Shown: one piece after another, positions 21,523 to 33,600 of the stretch
How the letters are laid out: each line of letters begins with the position of its first letter
How positions within the stretch are numbered: position 1 is the first letter of the stretch
From: Cetorhinus maximus
Lineage: Eukaryota
NCBI RefSeq assembly: GCF_964194155.1
Contig: NC_135903.1
Span: 10,664,001-10,728,000, forward strand
Direction: 5' to 3'
Length of the DNA stretch: 64,000 nt
Translations under genes and position numbers: made by a program
The notes under the pieces: model-generated
Told to the model about the DNA's origin: nothing
The model's database searches: none
The model's input: the letters and a program-made list of their open reading frames with translations, nothing else

Positions 21523-24500
21523 ATTCCAGTTTGACAAACTACAGCTCAATCCTCAAATGACCAGAATTCCATGCGACTAGTCAAACACTATGTTAATTTG
21601 TAACTGACCAATCATATTAAAATATATCTGTTGAAAGCATTTGTTCCATTCTAGTGACAGGATTGAGTCGAGAGGACACTTGCTTTAATACATAGTTGGT
21701 TTCTGGTCAGAAGGACAAACCTGCTTGAAAGCAGAAAGAAATGCAGCACCAGTTCTGGATTGAAGTCAGTAACTGCACTGATCGGTCAACCGTTCTGGGT
21801 GCAGTGAAACATTTCCATTGCAAATGAGATTTAACTGTGAAAGGGGTTCTGCTTTTTGTAACGAGCTAGGATTTGAATATGTGCAGCGTAAACTAGGCTA
21901 TGAACTGAAAGTGGTATCACATCCCTGCCTTCCTTTATTGGACTATTGTTCTGTTTTGTTATGCATTTGGTAGGAGCCTGAATGGTAACAGTACATTATG
22001 ACATAGATTATAAAATACACACAAACTGCAATGCAGGTCTTCGGATCTCTTTTGTGATGTGATTTTGCAGCAAAATAGTGGGTACAGGATCCCTGGCCAA
22101 CATTCTAACAGAAATCACAAGGCTGCTACAGTGTTCTGAAATTCATTATGACTGGAAACATTAACCATGTGGATCTTAACACTCAACCAGAAAGTGATTT
22201 GTTGTTCTATGTATATCAAACCTTCACACAAGTCTTTGCCATTAATTGGAGTGTACTGCTTAACATGAGAAGGACAACAGGAATGATCATCTCACTGGAT
22301 ATCATCTTCGATGTGGTTTAATTTTAGGGAATTTAGAAATATTTTACCAGACAAAGGTATTTCCACAAAACAATCCCCCATCTAACTTTACCCTCTCCCC
22401 CCACCCCCGAATTCCCCATCTTTCCTGAAAGTACCAAACTCTTGCCAGGCATGTTTGCCAAGCAGCTGAGGGTCTATTGGTACCTTGTCCAAGATGCCAT
22501 TCTTAATAGGCAAATTGCAGGCTGCTTGACTGTGCCTCATCACACCTTAACCTGACCGAAACTCAACAAACGTGCACTTTCCAGCAGTGTTTCTGAACAC
22601 TGATCAGGAACAGGAACAGTGGCTGGATTGTTTCCTACATCCCTCACCCATGGATGCTGAGGTGAATGATAACAGCCCAAATGTTGCTACAGCCCAATGA
22701 CTTGGACCTTGGTGAGCTCTGGTCTGTGTGGCTTAGTTCCACAGTGGCAGGCATATTTACAAACTCAACTGGACAGGAGAGCTCATCAAACCATTTTAGG
22801 TTAATTGGAGACATCAGTTAGAGAGAAAAAAAATTGAGATGTAAAGTCTCTATGTCAAGTTTCAAATCATCTGCCTCAAACTTTAGACAAATCAGGATTC
22901 TTTTCCTTTATTACCCAAGGACGTTATACATTTATGGGTTTCTGGAGGCCTGTAGAACATAATAAATACTTTGTATTATTTTGAGAAAAAAGTTCAGGAT
23001 GACTGTCCATTAAGCAGTACACTCCAATTAATGGCTGCAGTTCAGTGTAATACTGCCTCCTGGGTAAACCTCAAAGGATTCATATCACATTCATTATGAC
23101 CAAGTGGTCCTTGGTGCTAAACATAGAAATTGTCTTCATTTTGGTCCGCCTGAAATGGTAATCGTGGTTGGGCGTCCAGGGACAAGCCCGATCTGTATGA
23201 TGCCATATGGTAACTGATATTCTTCAATTAGAACCAACCAACAGGGCTGACTCATTTTCTGCTGCGATCAGTCATAACACCCTAAGCCCCATTGCCCCAC
23301 TCACCATGGACCACCCAACCACCCGATCAATATTAAAGGCGACAAATCTCAGAAAACCACTGACTCCTAAACAGTTCCAAGCCCCTCACTCGAACTAGGT
23401 GCATGGCACCGTAACCAGCCACAGTTCACAGGATAAACAGCAATAGTTTAGCACACTACCATCATGTAGAGATTTGCAGTGGCTGCACTCCAGCCAATAT
23501 TTGGGGTGTTTGGGGATAATAAGTCATTGTAGATTTTAACCATAACAGTAGGGCATCAAATATCGCTGGGAGCAGTTCCACTCTTGTCTGCCTCTTGCAA
23601 CTTTTCCACGTGCAATTCCTAGTTAAACACTCCTGTTTCATTTGTCTGGGGCACTGTAGCTGTATCCAATCCATGTGCTCACGTGACGCTCATGTTCTGT
23701 AGGAGTCAAGGGCATTGATCTAGGATTGGAACTGCTGCCCTGCTGTTTGCAATTCCCAGGCATGGGGTGTTGAGAACAACTGTAGCACCGAGATCAGCTC
23801 AATCAACACCAGCCGGGGACCGTCCCAGTACTGTGCCACACACAGTATGGCCGGTGGAGTGACTATAAGTTGCAAACACCTGCAAGAGTAATTTTGCAGT
23901 AAGCTCCCAGCAATGTTGTCACAAATACTTCCCAGTAGCATACTGTGCTGAGATTTAACTTTAAAGAAGCTCTGTTGGTCACTTTTGCAGAGTGATCATA
24001 AGAAGTGAAGAGGTGGCTTATAATATCAACGTACAGATCAGGAGCTAAACACCCAGCACTAAATCATACTCTCCGTTCTGCCCCATGACCTGAGGTTTCT
24101 TTGCAGCTAACTGTACTGAAATATTGAAACTAAATGTTTATCTGATTCCATGAAAGTGAATCAAATGCTTAGATTAGTTACAGACAGGAAAACTTTATGG
24201 TTTGTCTCTTTGCAGTTTAACTTACACCAGCACAAACCACAGTGCATAGAATTGTACAATCATTCCTGTTTTCACATGGCTTGTGAGTGAATGGTGGAAT
24301 CACTTTTCAACATGGCAACAAATGGGTTAATCATTATTAACAGAATCTGGCATTATAAAGCAGCAAATTATTTAGAGAAGGCTAACTATCCCATTGCTCT
24401 AACTTATGTAACAATGGGTTAGATATTTTTAGTTAATGACAATAATATGATTAAGGTGGCTCCAGAAATGGGAATAAGGAGTAATAGTTATTTAAAGCAT

Positions 24501-27469
24501 AAAAGAACATGAGATTTTAAGCTATTATTGCTCCTTAGTCAATGGTTTGGGTTGAATCATTTGAAAATTCATTTTAGATTACTTGACTGACTGTAATATT
24601 GGGAATTAGATTATCAGTTGTGAGAATTGAGAGCTGCTTTACTCCTGACATGTTCTGAGCAGCTGAAGAAACAAAAGCAGTGTCTTTTTTCCTGAGGTTC
24701 AAATATGCTATTGTCTCCAACAGTGTACTTCAGCTGAAAGGCGCAGGTCTAGTAACATGGAGGGGAAGGTGTTAGCTGCAGTGAGCTGTCCCTGAACTCG
24801 CTTTAAATTGGATCAATGGAAACAAAGTGATGGGGTGAACAACTCTCAGCTGTACTTCTTGTGATATTGTGCAGCCACATGGGTGTACAAGCTTCTCAAA
24901 CTCTGGACCTGCAGTGTGGCCCTCTGACAGTGTTTGATGGGGAAAAGTCTGGTCTCCAAAAGACTCATTGCAGTCTGGTTAACTAGTCACTTAAGTACCC
25001 TGGACCTCGTCACTTTGCACACGTAAAATCTTGGCACCAAAATGCTTCTTTAAACATTGTATGACTGTGGAATACAGCAATGGTTGCCGTGTTTCAGGAG
25101 TGATATAAAGTGTGGCATCATAGCACTGGGACATCAGGTACAATGCTCCAGGTATTCTATATTTCTAGTGACTAGTTCACAGGACCAAGACCAGAGGAAC
25201 TGGGAGCAAGGCTTGGGAGACTCCCTTGTAATGATAGAGGACACAGGAACTCTCATTACTTCCAAAAGAGGGTGGGCATATGTTTCATTGATGTCAGTGA
25301 CCCCACCACTTTCTGAACTTTTCACCTAATAAACCCAGTAATGCACCTGTTCTGGTCTGACAAAAATTATTCCCATCAACAAACCTTGGTTGAACTTTTC
25401 GCCTTTCAGTCAGACACTCACAAGCAAAATCGGGTTTGTCCTGCCAGGAGTCATGAATGGGAGACATACAGAAATTATAAAATAAAAAATGTACTCAGTT
25501 TAAAAAACCTACTCTGCTTTGTAAAGGAAGGAAGTCAGTGGGAGTGGGGGTGGGGGTGGTGTGGGGAGAATGAAATCGTTACGAGCAGTGCTGAGAATTA
25601 TTCGATTGGGTGTGACAATTATTTATGGTGACGTCAGGTTTGTCCAAATAGAAACTAGAACCTCATTTTAAAAGTTTCCTGTGTTTGCAGACATAAGTTT
25701 ATAGTTGTTTGATAGTACAGAGCCTGAGCATTGCTGAAAAAAGACATGTCCTTTTTTCAGCAATACGTAAGTTTATATCATTCACCCAACTAGTAAATCC
25801 TGAATGGACAACAGTGAGTCAAACAGGTTAGAAAGACGCTGACTGGGTCAGACTGAGATGATAAAATTATAGCTTTGCAGTCTCTTTTCTTGGACTCTAT
25901 TTGAACCTGCATTTGAGAGAATGAGGGGGTAACACTGGAAACTCAGGGAATTGGTTGGGGTTGAGGGGGTCCAATCTCATTGGTATAGTACGTAGGCCAA
26001 ACTATATGAAAAAAGATTTATATTTACCTCAAGATTTAAGTCACTTAAACAAAATTGAACAACACATTGCTGAACCAGGACTGCATTTGTTATGACCACA
26101 AATCATCCCCAAATCTGACCTAGAGAGATGTGAAAGGAGGTCATCTACCTATAGATACACAATGTAGGACTTTGAGACAACTGGCCAATAGGATGTTTTA
26201 GCAGATTTTTCTAAAACAGTAATCTAAATTGCTCCTGGTTGATTTTTTATCATGGTTTCCACTTAATTCTCCACAGCCCTTCTCCTCATACAAGCCTGCT
26301 ATTAAACATGGATAACAGATCATAAAATTACCAGCCCACATACAACCTGTGTGATTAGAACACAGACTGAGATAAATTCATCTAGATTTGCCAATGTGTG
26401 GAATAAAGATGTCAAACTGCACTGAATGTCACATCAAGTCTCTCTCAATTGGGTGATCGGTTATATACTACAGCAGACATCTCCCTTTAAATAATATGCA
26501 TGATTGGGAAGCCCAATAAAACACATTATGATAAATCAGAGTCGTTTTTCCTTTAAAGTTTGTACTCTGCCAGGAGAGGGGACCATAAACACAAACTATA
26601 CAGTACCATAAGTCAGTGAGGGGTGTGTTTTGAGAGTTTTATAGAAATCCTCCATTAAAGAGAAACACGAATAATGCAGGTTTTATCCAAGTGAGTTAAA
26701 TGTGAGGAGCTATTGTTCATTACGGGAACATTTAAACTTTTACAATCAAATGTCATTAATGTGGACGCTTATAAAAAGCAACCTTTAGTAAACAATTTTT
26801 CTTTCAAGTTGTATCACTTGCTGTGCATTTAACAAAAGAGTGTTGGACTGTGTTAGCAAGATCAAAGGGTCTTTTAAAACAGGTACATGTGCTCATTTGC
26901 AACAGATCTGACAACATACTCAAGAAAAGTTTTCTTTGGAGTAAATTAATTCTGTAGCTTTTGAGGTTAACATTTAAACACAGTTGACAGAAACCAGCCT
27001 CAGGGCACTCCTCTACACGGTGCTGTTGCAAGATGACTAAACTTGTAACCTGTGAATACTTGGACGTTTCTCACGTGTATCTCAGTATAAAAAAACTCAA
27101 TTGTCCACACTGTCTCTTACAGGTGGTTATACTGATGTGGATGAGGCACAAGGCTAAATCTTGTGGGGTACACTGGACATTACAGAGCAACACTTTACAG
27201 TGAAACCAGTGCCCTGCAAAAAAGAGTATGGATTGGAGAGCTAAAATATTTTTTAAAATTATAATCATGTGATTCTTACCCAAGCCAATTCTCTCCTTTC
27301 TACCATTACAAAGCGAAAGCTGAGTAAAACAGGCTGCCCTCAAAGATGCCAGATCTTTGGTCTATGTACAAAACCATGCGAGAGGACTCGCTCCTGGACA
27401 CCTGAGCTTCAGCTCAGCTTCCCTTGGATCCTCACCATCACAGACATGGCCTGCCCCAGTGTTCGTATT

Positions 27470-27640
27470 CTAGGGGTGGGTAGTGCCTTGACTGTCTTGC
27501 TCAGTTCCTGAAGAGCTGCTGTCAGAGTCTGGCTCCATTGCTTCCTCTTCATTTTTCTTTTTCAATCGCTGCCTTATGGCCTGCAGGCGATTCAGTAAGG
27601 TCTGGTAATCAAAATGACCTCGCCTCTCCCCAAAAGGATC
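27470..27640 (-). CDS. UBE2Z: UBE2Z coding exon 7 (stop)
   Basis: tcacag| [59 protein letters not shown]. Confidence 0.97.
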   Translation of the reverse strand, partial: DPFGERRGHFDYQTLLNRLQAIRQRLKKKNEEEAMEPDSDSSSSGTEQDSQGTTHP

Positions 27641-30600
27641 CTGTGAAAGGAACAAAAACGTGCTCATGCATTTTACAGTGAATTTTTAAAAACAAATACC
27701 ATCTAATACATTGAACAAAAAGTGCCCCTGACATTTTCTTTTCTCTTTAACAATATACATCTCAATTTGAAACCACACCAGAAAAGACAGTTCTATTAAA
27801 CCAAAACAGAATTTGACTAGTTTCAGCTTTCAGTGGTTTTATGCTCCTGATCCATATAAACACAATTGTTTAGTTTTATTGATGCGTTTTACAAGCACTC
27901 AAGCGATAATCACTGTAAAAAAAACACACACACACAATTACTGACTGTTGTTAACATTTCAAAGTAAAAAGGTCGGAATGGGCAGAACAGTGCGTGTGAG
28001 CTGGGACATGGGACAGGAGGACATTGAGGAGCTAGGAAGATGGGGGCGAGAATGCCTTAAGGATTTGCAAACAAAGGCAAGGATTTGAATGTTTTGGGGA
28101 ATGTAATTTCAAAAGAGGACCGAGGTAGCTGCTGAGAAGGAGTAAACAAGCAAAAATCTACAGGACTGCTAGAACTAAACAAACAGAGGAAAAGCTGGAA
28201 TTACACAGGTACAGTCTGTTTGTGGAGAGATGCCTCCACAAGTGCTGCCCAACTTGTTGGTATTTCCAGTATTTGTTGTTTTTGTGGTGGTACAGGAGCA
28301 GCTATGGACAGTGGTGTTTTGAATGATTTGTAGGTTCTTCAGAGCCAGTGAGAAGAACATTGGCAAATTTGAGGCTGAAGATAATGAAGGGGTTTTGGTG
28401 ACAAAGGGGTTTGGATGGAGGTGGGTGTCATTACCTGTGGTGGAGGAAAATGGCGTTCTTTGGAATGGATAAGATATGGGGATCTAAAGCACAGGTCAAA
28501 CAGGACATGGAGATCATGTTGGTTTCAGAGTCAATCAGCAGCCAGTAACAGAGATGGAATTGGGGAAATGGGATGCAGTTTCCAGCAGAACTCAAACAGA
28601 ATGGCTTTTATTAACCTTGTTAATGTTAAGCAGCAGATAACACTGCTTTGCCCAAAATTTCAAGGTGAACAAGCAATCAGACAGCAGAATAACAGATTTA
28701 GGTGTCAGGGAAGTGAATCTGGTGTTGTCAGTGGGCATATAGAAGCTGACCCTCTGCTTTTGAAAAGATTGCAAACGAATGGCATGCAGATGTGGAATGG
28801 AAGAGGACCAAGGAAGGAACCTTGGGGTATTCTAAATGAAGAAGCAGCCATTAGGAGTATCCATCATAGGAGACACATTGGCTACCCTAGGACAGGTAAG
28901 ATGGTGGTGTTGGAGGATGGAGTAGTTGATCATATCCAAAGTCACAGAATGGTCAAGGAGGGATAATGCATTGCAGTCTCCCTGACAAAAGGAAGCAGCT
29001 GCTGACTTTCACCATAGCTATGTGAGCTGTGGCTCAATTGGTAGCACTCTTGCCTCTGAATCACAAAGTTCCATGTTCAAGTTCCACTCCAGGGCTTGAG
29101 TAGAAAAATATCAAGGCTGACACTCCAGGTAGTACTTGAGGGAGTGCTGCACTGTCAGAGCTGCCGTCCTTCAGATAAGGTGTTATGCTGAGGCCTCGTC
29201 TATCTGTTCAGGAGGATGTAAAAGATCCCATGGCACTATTTCAAGAAGGAGCAGGGGAGCTATTCCACAGTGTCCTGGATAATATTTATCCCTCAATCAA
29301 TATCACAAAAATAGATTATATGGTCATCATCACTTTGCTGTTTGTGGGAATTTGTGTACAAATTGGCTGCTGCATTTCCTGCACTGCAACAGTGGCTACA
29401 CTTCAAAAAGTACTTAATTGGCTATAAAGTGCTTTGAGACATCCAATATTCATGAAAGGCACAATACAAATGCATGTCTTTTTTATAATGATTTTTGTGC
29501 CATAAGCAAGACAGAAATCAGAGTGGCGGATTTTGAACAGGCAGCAATGTGAGACGAGCACAAAGCTGGGTGATGATACATATTCACAAGGAAAGGGTTA
29601 AGACAGTTGTCTTGAAATCTGCTGTTATACTGCTATTGATCTCATTATATTGTAGTGATGTGACCATCTGAGGAAGTATGAATTAATTTAGATGCAGTGA
29701 CCACCAAACCGATGAATTCTGACTGAGAAGCAATGGTCAGTTTAAACAATAAACCTAATTCAAAGACATTCCAGTAATTAGTTGGTAAGTTCTGAAGGGA
29801 TGACATTAACCTTTTCAAAAGCAGGAGGTTGATGCACAGGAAGAGGCAGAAAAGGCTCCTTTGTTAGGAAGGCCTAAAGATAAGAACCTGCCTGAGAAAG
29901 TTAAGTAGTGTAAAGAAGCCGAGGAGTTGTTCCGGACTATGGAAAAAGAGTTTGTTAAAACTCTTCCCCTTATCTTCTGTCTTGTTTGTTCTTCGAGGCG
30001 AAGTTGACCATATTAATCATCTGGGATGTTTGGTAGGGTTTCAATGGGTACATAGATGACTGTTAAGGCTGATCTGCGCCTGAAAGGTCATGTTGCAAAT
30101 AGGCCAAAATTGCATTTTGGGCATGCTGCTGGTTTGGGATTTCTTCTCCAAGCTACCAATAAGGGACAAGAGGCTAAATTGCATTAGGTAACGCAGAAAT
30201 GTGTGGTTTGTTACACCAAAGGATTAGAAAATAAAAGTACAAAAAAATTGGGTGTTAGAACAGATATTCAAGAATTTGAAGGGCTGACCAACCACGTACA
30301 GGTAGTTCAGAACTGGAACGTGAGAAAGTTTTGTCGCAAGTGCAAAATTAAGTGCTTGTTTAATTGTTGTCAATTATTACTGCACAATTAATAGATCTGT
30401 GAACATCTAACATATAATACTGCGAACCCTATTGTTTTGAGCAGTAAATTTTAAGTAAACATACTCCTTATCTATTAATCTTAGAAGGTGATAAGAATTA
30501 GGAATGGGGCAGTTAAAGTTTGGCTTGTTATAAAAGTTAGGGGCTGATGGAAGTCTTAAAGGGGCAGCAGGAATGATTTACATGGAAAGGGAGCTATTTA

Positions 30601-33600
30601 CAAAGTCAGTGATCATTTAGCTGAGGACAGAAGTGGTCAAGAGCTAAGTTGGGAGGGGTTTGAGGAGATACATCTGATTAGGGACAACTTGTGATAAGCA
30701 AGAGCAAGTGGAGAAGGAGATGATGATACCTGCATGGTCTGTCCCTGCAGATGAAGCCGGTCCTTACAAGACAGTTCATAGAAATCATAGAACTCCATGA
30801 AAGATTTCTCCATCACACTTCTGAGTGAACAGAAAACATCACAATAATTATCATTCAGTAGTTTAACTGTTGAATATTTCAGGTTGGTGCACCCATATTG
30901 AAATAAAATTTAATTTACTCCAGTAAAAATGCTTTCAGGTCCTATATTTACAGACTTTTAACTAATTTGCAAACCTAACCATGTGAAAAAACCATTAACA
31001 GAAATGTTCAGTAATTGATTAATGGCCTTGTAGCAAGTCTTTTGAGTAAACAGGGCAGAATCTTAGCTGTTTTGATCCATTCTGTGCAAAATCATGGACT
31101 TGAAATCTCCAAATTCCTTTTTCCAGTTATAAGCCAGAAGCTTGAGCGAGTCATTTCGAATACAGAATTTTATTTTTAATAATTGCCAAATTGTTGCTAT
31201 TGGGCCAAATTTAGGCACGCTATCAGGCAATGTCTTTGAGCGACTTTGTGATTTTCCTGTGTACTAAGCACAGTCTAAAAATAGAAAGTTACAGTGGTGC
31301 TGTCTTTTTTGTTACTTAATAAATGGTTAGTACCTGTTTTCTATATAACTATTCACTATTAACTGAAAGAAATCACTTCCAAATTGCGTACAGTCCATTG
31401 CTCCTAAATTGAAGCACTCACCAGATAGGTGGTTGAAAGGGATAAAGGGATCACTCTGCAAAGAAGCACTGTTTTCCTGTGCAACTCTCAGCCTCTGTGA
31501 TATTTGAGAACCCCATATTTGTCAGTTCATAAAATATATCTACTCATTGGACAACTGAGTTGCCTATAGAATTGGCTAAATGCTCTGTGCCTGTAACAGT
31601 TGCTACCAAGATTGCTAGGTTTAACTATGATCACAGTATTATGAACTTTGTGAGTCTTCAAAGAATCTGAATAAAAAAAAAGACATTTTAAAGTAAACCT
31701 AGGTAACCAACAAATCATTGTGCAAAATAGTAATAAGATAGTACAGAATAGAGAAAGAGGGGGCACAGATTTACAGTAATTGGCAAAAGCGATATGAGAA
31801 AAAACTTTTTCACGCAGCAAGTGGTTAGGGTTTGGAATGCACTGCCTGAGGGCGTGGTGGAAGCAGAATCAATCGAAGCATCAAATGGGAATTAGACTGT
31901 TATCTGAAATGAAAGAATGTGGAGGGTTATTGGGAGAAGGCAGGAGAATGGCAGTAAGGGAACTGCTCATTTGGACAGCCGGTGCAGGCATAATGGGCCC
32001 AATGGCCTCCTGCGCTGTTACAATTCAGTGATTCTGTGAATACCAACTGCCTCCTGCCCAGAATAAATCAACCACAAAACCCAAGAAAGATTAAATTCAA
32101 TGTGCTTTTGACTTCATTCCCATGCCAAATGTAATGCTATGCCACATGTGAGCCAACAATCTGGATTATCCATCAACTTTCATTATTCACCACGGGCCCT
32201 CCAATATGCCAGATGCAGTTATGATGGCTGAACAATTATATATGGCTTTGCTTACTTGATGTGATTTGGCAGTGCCTGGGTGAGAAACACAACAACAAAA
32301 GATCTATTTACATTTATAAAATGCTTTTAACCCACCAAAGTGCTTCACAATTGAGTTTCAGATCTGAGCGAGAGCAGGAAAGATGGGTCATGGAGGTCAC
32401 CAAGACACTGTTGAAAAGGTATTCTTTTGAAGAAACCTTTGAAGTTGGGGAAGAATGTAGTAAGTTGGAGGGAAGGGATTGCATAATGTAGGTGCTTCAC
32501 GGTTGATTAGAGCTACCAATGGTAGATTGGGAGGGGTGGGGGAAGAACTTTTGGTTCGTTTAAGTTGGAAGAGTGGAGTGATGCAGAATTGGAGAAGGTT
32601 GCAAGCAACTAAGGGCAAAGCCAAAAGAATGAGGTTGAAAATTTTGAAACTGATGTGTGAAGAATGGAGAAGGTCAATGGAGGTCGCCAAGGAGAAGCAA
32701 GATAGATAAGGGGAACATGGTGCAGTATAGGAAGTGGGTGGCAGGATCTGGAAGAATTAGGAGCTTATGTGGAGTCTATGCTGGAGATTATCGAGAAGTG
32801 TATTGGCAAAGCAGAGACTGAAGATGGCAAAGGAAATTATGAATTTTCAGGTGTTAGAGTGAGATAGGGATGGAGATGGATGACGTTTCAGGAGCTGCAA
32901 ATAGGCGGTATAGTGTTGACTGATGTGTAGTTTGCAGCCCAGCTGGTGATCAGGCTGGACATGGAGCTATGCTTCAGCCTTCTAGTGTTAAATGCTAAGC
33001 ACTACGCCGCATTTAAAAGGCAAGATTTGAGAATAGGTGTTTTGTCTGTTCTGTTCAGCTGTCTACAATATCCCTCTGAGGTCTAAAATGGAAGGGCAAA
33101 GATGATGAAAGCTTGCTTTACTTGGTGTAGGATTTAAAAATACTGCAGAAATTCCCAATGCAGCCAGAAGATGCCAGCAGAAAGATGCTGAACTGAAAAA
33201 TACCTGCTAGAGTAATTGCCAGTCTGCTCAGGGACAGAGGTGGGTTGCAAAAGTCAGGTAATAAAGCTCCACATTTTTTTAAAAATCAGAGATTAAAACT
33301 TTCTTCACGGACCACAGGATTCTAGAATGCATTCTAGTCTCACGCCGACAGCTGAAACTTGCTCAGAGTCCTGTTCCCTGTGTACTGAATGCAAACACAG
33401 CTGACTACTGCACAAATTAGACATGTGCTGTCCTCTGCAACATGTTTGAACAGGCAGGAGGTGGCTTTATGAAGAAGCTGCGTAATTTACTGGAAGTCAT
33501 GTATTATGTATAGTAATCTGCTTTCTGATCACAATATCAGTTATGCTCAGTGGGTACTCTCAGCCCTGAACCAAAAGGTTGTGGGTTCAAGCCGACGCCA

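Noticed and set aside
28415-28966. 183-aa ORF in the last UBE2Z intron
   Set aside because: Appears to be the antisense of a decayed L2-like RT fragment (minus strand has GVPQGS-like sequence); no splice or homology support.
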